Positions 1-10,115 of a stretch of DNA of 64,000 bases are shown piece after piece. Position numbers and translations under genes: made by a program. The first letter of the stretch is position 1; each line of letters begins with the position of its first letter. The notes under the pieces are model-generated. The model saw nothing but the letters and a program-made list of their open reading frames with translations, was not told the origin of the DNA and did no database searches. The stretch lies in the IMG/VR virus record IMGVR_UViG_3300046517_002304, positions 372,001 through 436,000 of that record; one strand, written 5' to 3'.

Positions 1-256
1 TGCTTTCATCCGTAAAATCTTCTATGTCAAAGTCAGCCTTCAACGCCTTGCCTCTTGATGACAACCATACTACCACATCTTTGTTATCTTGTGGATTTTT
101 TTTAGTGTTATAAAACCTCATCCAAAATCTATCCTTGCCCATTCGCTCCATGTGAAACGAACATCTAGAAGCAGAATCAGATACAACAATTTCGTCTAAA
201 TCACCGTGCTTATCAAGACGGATTAATAGATTACCGACCCTTATTTCTTTTGTCAT
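1..256 (-). CDS. hypothetical protein (runs off window edge)
   Basis: ATG at 256 overlaps the end of the upstream ORF; open frame MTKEIRVGNLLIRLDKHGDLDEIV... to position 1; not in the ORF track. Confidence 0.6.
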   Translation of the reverse strand, partial: MTKEIRVGNLLIRLDKHGDLDEIVVSDSASRCSFHMERMGKDRFWMRFYNTKKNPQDNKDVVVWLSSRGKALKADFDIEDFTDES

Positions 257-800
257 TATTTTTCTTACCTTTAATTGGTTTTTTAACGGGCGGCTTTCTA
301 GGGGCTGCCGGCCTTCTAGACCCACCATGAAACATATTAAATAAATCATTATAAGTCATATACGTTATTCCTTCTGACTGACGGGGAGCCTCAGCCTGCT
401 GTACTCCTCCTTCGCCAGACTCGCGCTCTTCTGCTGCTTGCATGCCCCGCTCAAAATCGGAAGCTTGCTGTGCTGGAGCTGATCTACGTTGGTCGGTCTT
501 CTTTGGTGTATTCCCATTAATCATGACATTTACATACTCTGTTGATAACTTCTTAACGTCAATTACGCGAGTGTCAACCGAAAACACCCAAGGCTCATTG
601 TAGTATTGCCCTCCACCATTAACATGCAATCGCACTGCAATGAAAGGCAGTTCAATCGCCTTAATTTCCATTACAGATCCATATAATCCAGTATCGTTGT
701 TGGTAGCAGTAATAAACATGCCAACGTCTAAATCGTCGGCGCGAGTGATGAACGGACTTGACATTATTCTCTCCTCAGGAGCAATGATTCTACCTTGCAC
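231..800 (-). CDS. hypothetical protein with basic low-complexity C-terminus
   Basis: 189 aa ORF in the minus-strand gene run. Confidence 0.6.
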   Translation of the reverse strand: MQGRIIAPEERIMSSPFITRADDLDVGMFITATNNDTGLYGSVMEIKAIELPFIAVRLHVNGGGQYYNEPWVFSVDTRVIDVKKLSTEYVNVMINGNTPKKTDQRRSAPAQQASDFERGMQAAEERESGEGGVQQAEAPRQSEGITYMTYNDLFNMFHGGSRRPAAPRKPPVKKPIKGKKNNDKRNKGR

Positions 801-951
801 TTCAAGGCATCAACCTCTTCCACATGCTCAAGATGATACTTCTTCATCAAGTGAGAAATCTGGTTGACGGCCGCAGTGTTATGGCAGTTTCTTTCAAGAA
901 ATTCCAATGCAACTAAGGCAAGGGAAACTTCTTTTCTATTGAACTTCATTA

Positions 952-1131
952 TTAGTGCCTGAGTTCCTCAAAGGAAATATAAAGTGCAGCAATAATGCAG
1001 GAAATAGCCGGGATAAGACATTCGGTATTTCCACTGCTAACCATAATCATACATCTCGTAAACGAGATGCCTAAAAAAACTAAAAGTAAAGTGCGGAAAA
1101 AGGCATGCGAAAGTCGTAGAAAGGTTTTCAT
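952..1131 (-). CDS. small putative membrane protein (59 aa)
   Basis: Read by hand: MKTFLRLSHAFFRTLLLVFLGISF...; AAGGA RBS directly after the junction motif at 1143. Confidence 0.55.
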   Translation of the reverse strand: MKTFLRLSHAFFRTLLLVFLGISFTRCMIMVSSGNTECLIPAISCIIAALYISFEELRH

Positions 1132-1472
1132 GATGGTTCCTTATGGATAACTAAGTTTCGAAAGGATGTTAAAATTTGATCATATTCATACGTAGCCGAA
1201 TTTCTTTCACTGTTTACCCATTCCGTAACCCACTGAATGGCCTTCGCCATATTCTCTTCTGTGATTGCGTCATAAGTCACCCAGCCATACTCGTCATCTA
1301 TCGTATAGCCAAACTCATGCCCATAATACGTTCTGCAAAATTTAAACTCAGCAATACTGTTATGGTGATACAAGCCTTTTTGATGCTTATCAGGAGTAAA
1401 CCCCCACTTAGTTAAGAAATCATGATCTGCTTGTGAAATGCCTTCTGGTAGATTCATGATTTCGCATTCCAC
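1128..1472 (-). CDS. hypothetical protein, 'LxxxGF' paralog family
   Basis: FLTKWGF near N-terminus; ITEENMAKAI helix. Confidence 0.6.
   Translation of the reverse strand: MECEIMNLPEGISQADHDFLTKWGFTPDKHQKGLYHHNSIAEFKFCRTYYGHEFGYTIDDEYGWVTYDAITEENMAKAIQWVTEWVNSERNSATYEYDQILTSFRNLVIHKEPS
1143..1153 (-). repeat. junction motif TAGTTATCCAT copy 1
   Basis: Exact; within last codons of 1128..1472, followed by AAGGAACCATC-ATG. Confidence 0.95.
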
Positions 1473-1834
1473 AAAGAATTTTCAATGCAGGCTAATTCTT
1501 CGACGGCTCTTTTATGATGTAGAAGAATTTCATTAGTATCATAAAGGCAGGATTTCATGATTTGCCTGATTGCCCAAGCTACGGTGCGACTGGTAATTTT
1601 TCTTATAAAAGTATTTACTTTGGGAAATTCTGGTGAATAATAATCAAGACAAAAGTATTCTTCTTCCCAATGCTGGCACGCAAAATGCATGCCTTTAATA
1701 GTTTTATGTCTGATGTTTATAACCTTAATGTCAGCATCAGGCAGGCCGACCTCATCATTCTTATAAAGATAAATTGGATCACCAAATCCAAACTTATGCA
1801 GAATAGCAATTTGTCTGCTGGTAAGCTTCTTCAC
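1454..1834 (-). CDS. hypothetical protein, 'LxxxGF' paralog family
   Basis: ILHKFGF; ITSRTVAWAI helix. Confidence 0.6.
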   Translation of the reverse strand: MKKLTSRQIAILHKFGFGDPIYLYKNDEVGLPDADIKVINIRHKTIKGMHFACQHWEEEYFCLDYYSPEFPKVNTFIRKITSRTVAWAIRQIMKSCLYDTNEILLHHKRAVEELACIENSLWNAKS

Positions 1835-2152
1835 TGTATCTCTACCCCGTTACGGAGCCACAAATTCCACTGAATCATTTCTAATCGTCTTTTGCGGATA
1901 CGACGATATTCTTCTCTGGTAATCAGATCATCGCTTTTCATAAAACGATGAACATAACAATCTCGTAGCACGGTTCTATCCGCTATATCAAGACGGGTGT
2001 CATTTAATAAATCAACAACTTCTTCATACTCTTGCTCTGTTATCTCACCTGAATCATTTAACTTGATTGCTGCTAAAAAAGCAAGAAAGCACAAAATTAA
2101 AAATGCCGAAATTATATAACAAGCCTTATTTGAATCAGACATTTTTGTTTCC

Positions 2153-2518
2153 TTAAGCGACAAAGAATCCGAAAAAGTCAATAGCATCAGACAAAACAAG
2201 AGTTTGCTTTGGAATCATTTCATCCAGATACTCTTTCGCTTGCTTTTTAATTAATGAAAATCCTTTTTCCACATTCTCTTTAGTCAGTTCATGAAAATGA
2301 TCGGGCCAGCCGTCTGGCCCAAGCTTAATACCGCCAGCTATGGAAAGCCAAACTGACCAGCCAGTTGCAGATGTATGCCTAATTAAAAGACCATCAAGAC
2401 TCTTGTGCCTGGATTCATCGCTTAACCATCCGATGGGACGCTCAATGCGATTAAAGCCGAAGTCCGATAATACCTGCTGCTCTTGATCGGTCAAAATCCT
2501 TTCATTAACCTTCATCAT
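2153..2518 (-). CDS. hypothetical protein, 'LxxxGF' paralog family
   Basis: VLSDFGF; LTKENVEKGF helix. Confidence 0.6.
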   Translation of the reverse strand: MMKVNERILTDQEQQVLSDFGFNRIERPIGWLSDESRHKSLDGLLIRHTSATGWSVWLSIAGGIKLGPDGWPDHFHELTKENVEKGFSLIKKQAKEYLDEMIPKQTLVLSDAIDFFGFFVA

Positions 2519-3245
2519 TTTTCACCCATGCCCTAGAAGCAAAACGGAAATAAGGCCACATCCTACCATGATAAGAAGAAGAAAAACGCGAATAAAAAAT
2601 TCTCTTTTCAACTGCTTGCTCATGATTGATCCCCGTTGCTAGTGGAAAAACAAACTTGCAACGGTTATTGTATCAGTTTTTTACAGTAAAAGTCAAGAGT
2701 AGGTTGGAACTATCTTGAGTTGTTTCATGATGCTCTTCAGAATGAGTTATCGGTTGCAAAGATTCGGCCCAAGCGATCAGTTCTTTTTCTTGTTTCTTAG
2801 CAATCTTATATTGCGTTTTCATATCTTCTTTATAAGCGACTTTGTGTCCAGGATAAGTCATTACAGCTAAAACCGGGTAACTGCAAGCAAAAATTTTACC
2901 GAATGTAATCCAATTTTCATAACTTGCTTCAGCAATAAAGCAAGCGACAAAAGGCATTCCTAATATGCATACTGTCCCCCACCAGAATAATGGGAACAGC
3001 AAGGCGCAGATTATCGGCGGGAAAGGTTTCACGATCAAATTATCCTAGGAAGTCTACCGGCGATGAGCCTTTCGATCCAAATCCTCAACAGAAACCAAAT
3101 CCCCTTTGAGCGTAGATTTAGGCTCTTCGTGGCCATTGAAGAATCGGATCATGCCTTCGTATTCTCGAACGATAACCCATTCTTCCGAGGGCCATGTAAA
3201 ACGATACCACCAGTAACGAACTACGCCAGTCATCATATCCCTTTT

Positions 3246-3668
3246 TCATCGTGGAAATTTGATTATGGCTGCACAGATCGCCAATGGCATTGTTTCTTCT
3301 TCTGATAAAACTTCAGTACCACCATCATCATAATTATTTATTACTCTCCATCCATCAAATTTGGAACTAACAGCAAGATATGCCGCTCTTTTTGTAGCCG
3401 CAATCCAATCAACAATAATCTTCTGTGCAGCATTTGCATCCGACGAAAACTTAGGCAAAGCATCAAGTGCGGCTTGCTCTGATCGGAAGAATTTGCCTCC
3501 TAACGGAAGATTATCCCAGCTAGTACTTTTGATAGGCTTATTATCCTTCCAAGCCCAATAAGGATAATCTTGTGGCCACATTGAACGTGCAGGATTATAT
3601 TCAACACATTCCAACCGCCATCCAATGGCTTTGGCAACTTCACGATCAATTTCAGGTGATGCAATCAT
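3246..3668 (-). CDS. phage ABA-sandwich-domain-like protein
   Basis: EIDREVAKAIGW...PKFSSDANAA...ETMPLAICAA pattern typical of this phage family. Confidence 0.5.
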   Translation of the reverse strand: MIASPEIDREVAKAIGWRLECVEYNPARSMWPQDYPYWAWKDNKPIKSTSWDNLPLGGKFFRSEQAALDALPKFSSDANAAQKIIVDWIAATKRAAYLAVSSKFDGWRVINNYDDGGTEVLSEEETMPLAICAAIIKFPR

Positions 3669-3688
3669 GTTGGTCCTATGGATAACTA
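3665..3688 (-). repeat. 24-bp direct repeat containing junction motif copy 2 (3678..3688)
   Basis: TAGTTATCCATAGGACCAACATGA, identical to 8531..8554; immediately follows the Nampt TAA stop, in frame. Confidence 0.95.
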
Positions 3689-5134
3689 TTAAAGATAGCT
3701 CTTAACTCTTTCTCTGATTTCAGAGAGAGTATATTCTTTAGTTATCTTACCATCGCGGAACACGGTTTCCAGATATCCGCCAGCCGCTTCTTCCTTAGTG
3801 GCGTTATCCTTAGTAAAGAATTGACCATTCTCATCCTTGTCAAGTCGCATCAATCCCTTATGCGATTTTTTCTTGTGGTCTGTAATTGGGTCTTTTTCAA
3901 TATCTCTAGATTCACCATTAACAACAACATTGGTTGCCTTGATGGCAAATCCGAAAGTGTCTCTGGAGTGATTGCGGAGGATACCGCCGACGCCGATAGT
4001 GAGGTTAGATGCGGCATAACCCATGTTCTTGAGACGAGACAGCGTTCGCTCATATCGCTCATAGTACATTCCATCACCGTAAATCAATCCAATTTTAGGA
4101 TTGAGAATTCGGTATCCCTTCTTATTAATAGTGCTGCCAAATTTCATGTCAAGAAGACGGATAGCTCCAAGGAATTCAGGTGTGCCGAACTTGGCTGACG
4201 GATCGCCACAGATAATATATTCTGGATTTCCACTATCGGGACGGAATACAACTTTACCGTCTCTGGAGAGGATGCGTGATTTAAGTTTTTCGGCGAAATC
4301 GGTTAATACAGTCCAGACGTTGTAGGTGTCTGAAACCACGGAACAGATTCCAGTCGGATAAAGATCAAGCATGTGATTAAATGCAGCCAATTCATCTTCT
4401 CTTCCGAAACTACACATTACAGAATGTTCAGATGCATTAGCGCTTAACATAATTGGACTATTTAAATCAGCATTATAATACCTGTTTAAAAAATCAAACG
4501 ATAACATCGTATCACTTCCAAGGTGATTAATCAAATGTGCTCCACCAGAAACATATGCGCTTTCTTCGGTATCGCAACCACGATATCCAAAGTCTACTGC
4601 GGTTAAATCCTTAAGAAAATACATGTCCTCATCAACCGTCTCGTTAAAGTATTGCTCAATTAAAGTTCTATACTTAAAACTATGAGTCGCTACAGTAGTT
4701 AAAAACCAAATCTTAAGCAGCAAGCTTTCCACAAATCCTACTGCCCAATGGAAATCATCTTTTGTATTAGCGACAGTCATTAAGGCATTTCTAATACTTA
4801 TCACAGAGCCTTCTACAGGCGCTTTAATTTCCAAAGGCCAGTAACCTAACTTACACAAATCTCTAATTTTATTTTCAACAGTTCTACTGTTGCTTCCAAG
4901 AATATGTTTTCTAATAAAAAGAAACTCTTCTCCCATTTCTGGAGTAATAGGTTTCACAAGATACTTTTTAAGGTAATACTGAAGACCAAAAAACAATGTC
5001 CTATCCCACAGACGATCATTGTTTCTGGCAGTTAGATAAGAATAAACGTATGATGTTCCTGGGCAATATTGCTCTAGATGACCTGTCTTATAGATGTCAG
5101 TTCTTCGGAGAATGTTCTCTTCAAGTAGTTCCAT
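3689..5134 (-). CDS. nicotinamide phosphoribosyltransferase family protein (Namat-like, NARP1)
   Basis: TDIYKTGH, FFGLQY, DFGYRG, ASEHSVMC, VVSDTY, RPDSG, IYGDG, RDTFGFAIKAT, KDPITD..KKSHKG motifs. Confidence 0.92.
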   Translation of the reverse strand: MELLEENILRRTDIYKTGHLEQYCPGTSYVYSYLTARNNDRLWDRTLFFGLQYYLKKYLVKPITPEMGEEFLFIRKHILGSNSRTVENKIRDLCKLGYWPLEIKAPVEGSVISIRNALMTVANTKDDFHWAVGFVESLLLKIWFLTTVATHSFKYRTLIEQYFNETVDEDMYFLKDLTAVDFGYRGCDTEESAYVSGGAHLINHLGSDTMLSFDFLNRYYNADLNSPIMLSANASEHSVMCSFGREDELAAFNHMLDLYPTGICSVVSDTYNVWTVLTDFAEKLKSRILSRDGKVVFRPDSGNPEYIICGDPSAKFGTPEFLGAIRLLDMKFGSTINKKGYRILNPKIGLIYGDGMYYERYERTLSRLKNMGYAASNLTIGVGGILRNHSRDTFGFAIKATNVVVNGESRDIEKDPITDHKKKSHKGLMRLDKDENGQFFTKDNATKEEAAGGYLETVFRDGKITKEYTLSEIRERVKSYL

Positions 5135-5146
5135 GATTTTTCCTTT

Positions 5147-5962
5147 TTAGGTTAGTGATTCAGCATTATACGGCCACTGCTTCTTATAATACTCTTCTTT
5201 GCTATAATATTTTCCATTAATATAATATTCACAATACCCGTTCATCTGATTTATAAAAGCAGGACCGTCCAAACGATGTAATACTCCATTCCGATACCAC
5301 TGACTAATTTTTCCCTTAAGAACAGCAGGGCCAGCAAGCCTGTGTCGGCGGCCATCAACCCACCACTCCATATCGCTATTCGGATAAATAATAGCAGGTC
5401 CATTTTCCCGATGCAACTGCATCTTGTTATTAGACCAAGTTTGAACTCCGTCAGAATCAACATGAGGAGAAACTATTTTATTAAACTCTTCCTCGGTATA
5501 CCTCTGCCCTCTTACTCCCCATATCTTAGTGCCGTTGGAGATTTCAATAGCTGGACCGTCTAACCGATGCAGCATGTTATTCTGAAACCAATACTTATCT
5601 CCATTGGTGTAAATAATAGCTGGCCCACTTTCGCAGTGAAGATCGCCATTAGCCTTTGTATGGTAAATAGGGTTTTGTAACGGTAGAGCTAATTGCTTCT
5701 TGTATTGCCCCCATTCTTCGTCTCCTGCATAAACATAATCGTAAATTGATGTATCAACTCCATTTTCAAGCCTTTGCTCAACTTTTTTACAAACTTCTGC
5801 GCCTATACTCTCAATCTTTTTCCATGCTTCATCACCTAAAGCATAAGAATCTTTATTAGGCAAAACAACAGGCTGCGCAACTTCCGCCTTCGCTTCATCC
5901 GCTCGGATGAACGGCAAAGCAAAAACAGCAGAGATTGATTTCAGGAAGCTTCTACGGAACAT
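5147..5962 (-). CDS. Tat-signal protein with LHRxDGPA (MORN/YwqK-like) repeats
   Basis: MFRRSFLK...AKA leader; five (L/R)H(R/C)xxGPA repeats. Confidence 0.7.
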   Translation of the reverse strand: MFRRSFLKSISAVFALPFIRADEAKAEVAQPVVLPNKDSYALGDEAWKKIESIGAEVCKKVEQRLENGVDTSIYDYVYAGDEEWGQYKKQLALPLQNPIYHTKANGDLHCESGPAIIYTNGDKYWFQNNMLHRLDGPAIEISNGTKIWGVRGQRYTEEEFNKIVSPHVDSDGVQTWSNNKMQLHRENGPAIIYPNSDMEWWVDGRRHRLAGPAVLKGKISQWYRNGVLHRLDGPAFINQMNGYCEYYINGKYYSKEEYYKKQWPYNAESLT

Positions 5963-6150
5963 TTTTCTTGACCCTCGGTTTCTTTTCTTCCAGATCGCAA
6001 AGAGCTACCGTCATGTAATCGCCAAATCGGGACTCTACAACAGCTTCATCGCCTTCAATGCGAGTCAGCTTCACGAAATTACCATTGAAGTCATATTCTT
6101 TATTAATTTCATACTTTCTCTTTACTTTTAAATCAAATTTCATGATCGGC

Positions 6151-6615
6151 TCACAGATAATAAACAGTTACCGGAATTCCCGCCTTGACCCAACAATCAT
6201 TAATTAGTTCTTTGATAAACTCCCAGTTGCCGCCAGCTAGTCCAGCACCAAATCTCGGGCAAACGATTTCAAATTTCCACGGAAGCCTGGCAACTCCAGT
6301 CATGCAATAAACCAAATGGTTATAATACAAGTCTCGTACATGTGGTCTTTTTCCGCTTAACGTTTGGCCAACCATATGGGCAATCGCTATATTTTTATCA
6401 ACTTGAGTTCTCCATAACTGACCCATCTCAAGACAACCGCTACTTGACCACCCAAGATAATCTTGCTTCGCTTGTGGAAACGACTTAGCCAATGGTAAAA
6501 CAAATCCACTTGCCCACTTGCCTTTATCGTTAACCACATGAGGGATTACAACATGCCCCTTTTCGGTATGCTTTGGCAAATGCTCAAACAAATCGCCTTG
6601 AATTTCATTAAACAT
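6151..6615 (-). CDS. macrodomain protein (ADP-ribose binding/hydrolase, TARG1/Poa1p-like)
   Basis: IQGDLF, IPHVVND.GKW.SGF, PRFGAGLAGGNW. Confidence 0.85.
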   Translation of the reverse strand: MFNEIQGDLFEHLPKHTEKGHVVIPHVVNDKGKWASGFVLPLAKSFPQAKQDYLGWSSSGCLEMGQLWRTQVDKNIAIAHMVGQTLSGKRPHVRDLYYNHLVYCMTGVARLPWKFEIVCPRFGAGLAGGNWEFIKELINDCWVKAGIPVTVYYL

Positions 6616-6810
6616 TTGGCTTATCCTTTTTGCCTAATTCAAGTGCGCTACTAAGAACCTTTTGCCTTCTCTTACGATAATCATCGCATCCAAACTCCCA
6701 CCCCAATGCCTTTGTCATGCGGGTGCATGTCGGGCATGGTCTATAGCCGTATAGATGGCCGTCAATTGATAATGCCTCAATCGCAAATTGTAATTCTAGT
6801 TTAGGCGTCA

Positions 6811-7701
6811 TCATATGACCTTAGTTTGATGAACGAATGGATCAGTAATGTCACAGAATGAATTAGTGGTATAAATCTTATCAAAGTAAAGCTTGAGTTC
6901 GTCCAGTCCCTTGCTGAAAATGCCATGAGGGATACAGAGAAATACTTTTCCGCAGTTCCGCGCCTTAAGAAGCTTGCCGATTTCTGTGAACGTGCGACCG
7001 CCATCACAGATGTCGTCTACAAGGAATACATCCACTTGCTTAAAATCATCACATGAAATTGAAGTATGGGTAATCTTACCAGTAGCAACGTCACGATGCT
7101 TATTACAACTCACCAGGTCCACACAGACAGATCCAAGCTGTTCGGTTGCAGAATACGCTCGCTTCAGCGCACCGCCGTCAGGAGCAATAACTACGACTTT
7201 CTTTAAATTATATTGTTCAACAGCATGCATTCCAATAAACTTCATTTTACGAATAAGAGAACGATTGATTAACGCCGGGGATACATCTGAGTGTTGCTCA
7301 AGTAATTCAACTGAATTATATCCTTGTGCATTGATAATAGGAGCAATTATATCTTTAAAATAACTGGTTCCACCTGAAACAAACTGACGATCAGATCTCG
7401 CTCCAAGCAAATATGGGAGATACAAAGAAATATCAGAACCCGCATGATCATTAGGAGCGAATTCAGTTTCTAAATTCTTAATAGCTGCCGTGGCACAAAG
7501 AATTAGCTCTAAATCTCTAAATGATGTAAACCTTGAAGATATCCTCCAAGAACTTTTTGTAGGGTAAGGAAAACCTTCTTTGCTTCCATGATTTTGAGGG
7601 AGGACAACAACGTCCTGCTGCCCATCGGGAAACTTGATAACTTTGTAATCAACATTATTATCATTGCTCGTTTGATGAGCAAGATTAATTTCTTTTGGCA
7701 T
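6811..7701 (-). CDS. ribose-phosphate pyrophosphokinase family protein (Adps-like, NARP1)
   Basis: KFPDGQ, PYLLGARSDR, APDGGALKR, LVDDICDGGRTF, HGIFSKG. Confidence 0.9.
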   Translation of the reverse strand: MPKEINLAHQTSNDNNVDYKVIKFPDGQQDVVVLPQNHGSKEGFPYPTKSSWRISSRFTSFRDLELILCATAAIKNLETEFAPNDHAGSDISLYLPYLLGARSDRQFVSGGTSYFKDIIAPIINAQGYNSVELLEQHSDVSPALINRSLIRKMKFIGMHAVEQYNLKKVVVIAPDGGALKRAYSATEQLGSVCVDLVSCNKHRDVATGKITHTSISCDDFKQVDVFLVDDICDGGRTFTEIGKLLKARNCGKVFLCIPHGIFSKGLDELKLYFDKIYTTNSFCDITDPFVHQTKVI

Positions 7702-8350
7702 TATTTATTCCTATTACGGCCTACCAAGGCTGACCCATTTTTTATACAAGTCATCCATTTGTTTTCTAGTTTGAGACTTACCTTCGCATCCTATTAACTC
7801 AAGCGTTTCAAGAATTTTACTAATATGCTTCCACATTAAATGTTTTTGATCACCGAACATAAATTTTGGCGTAAGATTAGTTCTAATACATTTACTTTTC
7901 TTTTTCCCCCTGTACGCATAATCAATGCTAACTCCGTGGTCCGTAATAACGACTGCGGCTGGGGTTTTGTCTACCAACACATAGCACTCATAATAATAAT
8001 CATTAACTTCACCGCTGTCTTGGGACCAATAATGAACAACGTCCTTGCCAAATTTACTTTTGGCAAAGTATGGATTTTTCGGTTCGTAGTAAGGTCTAAT
8101 CTTCATTGCCATCCTGCTTCGGGCAAAGCAGCAGTAGTCCTACAAGTATTTGCTAAACGAAGTAACGCCATTTCCTCACCGTCAGCGTCAATATTATCTC
8201 TCATAACACCCATAATATCAGCCAACTCATTTCCAGTTAAAACAATTAGTCCGCCTGGACCTGGCTTCGTAATAGTAATTATAGAAAAATCATCAGAAAA
8301 GTTAACAAGCATATTCTTTCGCTTATGCAAACCATCAAAAATTGGATTGT

Positions 8351-8521
8351 TCATGCGTATATCCAATCGCAAGGTGGTGGAGTTCTTCTAGCTACTGGTG
8401 CTCCGCATGTTTGGCATCTCTCCGCACGATAATCTTTTGAATCTAGACGACGAGCGCAATATTTGCAAGCACTACTCTTAAGGAGCGAAGTCTTTTCTGT
8501 TTTATCTATTAAATTCGCCAT
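8351..8521 (-). CDS. small zinc-ribbon protein (56 aa)
   Basis: Read by hand: MANLIDK...CKYC...CQTCGAP...WIYA*; TGA overlaps ATG (MNNPIF) of the next gene. Confidence 0.6.
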   Translation of the reverse strand: MANLIDKTEKTSLLKSSACKYCARRLDSKDYRAERCQTCGAPVARRTPPPCDWIYA

Positions 8522-8530
8522 TTGGATTAT

Positions 8531-8554
8531 TCATGTTGGTCCTATGGATAACTA
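8531..8554 (-). repeat. 24-bp direct repeat containing junction motif copy 3 (8544..8554)
   Basis: Identical to 3665..3688; its TAG is the stop codon of 8552..8836. Confidence 0.95.
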
Positions 8555-8836
8555 ACTTTTAGAAATGACATCTATCATTTCTTGAATTTTTCTTAAAGCA
8601 ATCAGCTTAGTACTTTTAATAATTTCATCTAAAATTTCTTGAGTCAAATCATTTGGCACATCAACGGTTGCCGATATCCTAATGCCTCTATCATCAAATT
8701 CAAATCTAGACACGTTGCCGAAAGTTCCATTAAAGTGAATGGCAATACCACTCCTACAAAAGAAACCGTAAAGCTCGTTAAACTCAAATCCGTTTTGAAT
8801 GAGTAATTCGGCGGTTGATTTTTGAATGTATGGCAT
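8552..8836 (-). CDS. hypothetical protein, 'LxxxGF' paralog family
   Basis: LLIQNGF; C-terminal KLIALRKIQEMIDVI helix; junction motifs on both sides. Confidence 0.65.
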   Translation of the reverse strand: MPYIQKSTAELLIQNGFEFNELYGFFCRSGIAIHFNGTFGNVSRFEFDDRGIRISATVDVPNDLTQEILDEIIKSTKLIALRKIQEMIDVISKS

Positions 8837-8847
8837 ATGGATAACTA
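8837..8847 (-). repeat. junction motif copy 4
   Basis: Exact; TAG is the stop of 8845..9135 and the next ATG follows with 0 nt spacing. Confidence 0.95.
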
Positions 8848-9135
8848 AGCCTTTGGGAGGACTTTCAATATATCTTCAATTTGATTTAAAGCACCTTTTT
8901 TCAATGCGTTGATAATTTCGTTTAGATCGTCTTGCGACAATTCATTCTTCTCAAAGTGATGATTTACTTTTACAGCTATATCCCCTGATTTAATTTTTAA
9001 TGTCGCCAGATTTCCTTTACCAGACCAAGGGAATCTAATAAACACATAGCCTTTCCGGTAGGCTTCATCTGGGTTGATGTTTATTACGTGCTTATAACCG
9101 TTTTGCGAGAGCAAATCATGTGTTTCAGGGTTCAC
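8845..9135 (-). CDS. hypothetical protein, 'LxxxGF' paralog family
   Basis: LLSQNGY; KKGALNQIEDILKVL helix. Confidence 0.65.
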   Translation of the reverse strand: MNPETHDLLSQNGYKHVININPDEAYRKGYVFIRFPWSGKGNLATLKIKSGDIAVKVNHHFEKNELSQDDLNEIINALKKGALNQIEDILKVLPKA

Positions 9136-9470
9136 CAGACGTACTCCCTATAAATTAATTCATATGGATTCTGAATAACTTTTCGGCCAAACAATTTCAA
9201 CATAGCTATTTGATCTTCTGGGTCAACACCTTCTTTTTCTACAATATCCTTAATTTCTTGCCGCTTTGTACTTGGAATGCGTGTAGAGAAAAATGCCCAC
9301 AAAGTTTTTGAGAAATAAGCTTTGTGGAAATCTGAAAACTCGGGACCGATTGCGGTAAGGCCAAGTTTATAAAAACCTTGATCGTAATCAAAAAACCAAG
9401 CGCCATCAAAAGGAGTAAGCCATCCTACAATATGCTCGTTGTATTTAAGAGTAAATTCATAACGCTGCAT
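9132..9470 (-). CDS. stand-alone HipA N-terminal domain protein (HipS-like)
   Basis: VGWL...GAWFFDY...FSDFHKAYFSKTLWAFFSTRIPSTKR matches the HipA N-terminal (couple_hipA) pattern. Confidence 0.75.
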   Translation of the reverse strand: MQRYEFTLKYNEHIVGWLTPFDGAWFFDYDQGFYKLGLTAIGPEFSDFHKAYFSKTLWAFFSTRIPSTKRQEIKDIVEKEGVDPEDQIAMLKLFGRKVIQNPYELIYREYVW

Positions 9471-10115
9471 GATTATTCACCGTTCAACTTACGAAGTGCT
9501 TTATTAATTAATTCTGCTCCATCAGCATTCGGTCCAGCATGTCTAGCAGCTTCCATTAACCTATCTACTTCACTCATTTTAGCGCGTTGTGCAGTCACCC
9601 ATTCTTTTGTTATCGGAACTAAGCGACCCGTTCTGCCGGGTTCATACTCGTCAGTTTGACGATATCCCATATCCTTTAGTCCTTGATAATATTCATTAAT
9701 CTTCTGGATGTAAGCATGGCCAGCATCTGGGAATTTACGTAACGTGGCATTCCATCTTGCGTTGTCTAATATCCTCTTATACTTCTTGCGCCACTTACGG
9801 GCATCTTCAATGGTTCCCATATATCACCAGTTGTTTTCTTTAGCAACGATAGCGTACATTTTATCCATTTCAATCATTAATAATGCTGCTTTAGCGTTAG
9901 CGGCGATATTCGGATATTGCTCTAAATCATCCATAAAAAAAGCACCCCAAAACCATCCATATGCAATAAAGATGAAAGGGTCTTTTTTTGTCGGAGATGA
10001 TGAATAAAAATAATCTTCGCATAGCCTTCGCATAATGGATTCTGATTTTCTATTACGCCATCCTAAAGACTTAGCGTAAGAAACAAGGAATGCTTTAATC
10101 CATTGATCCATGATT

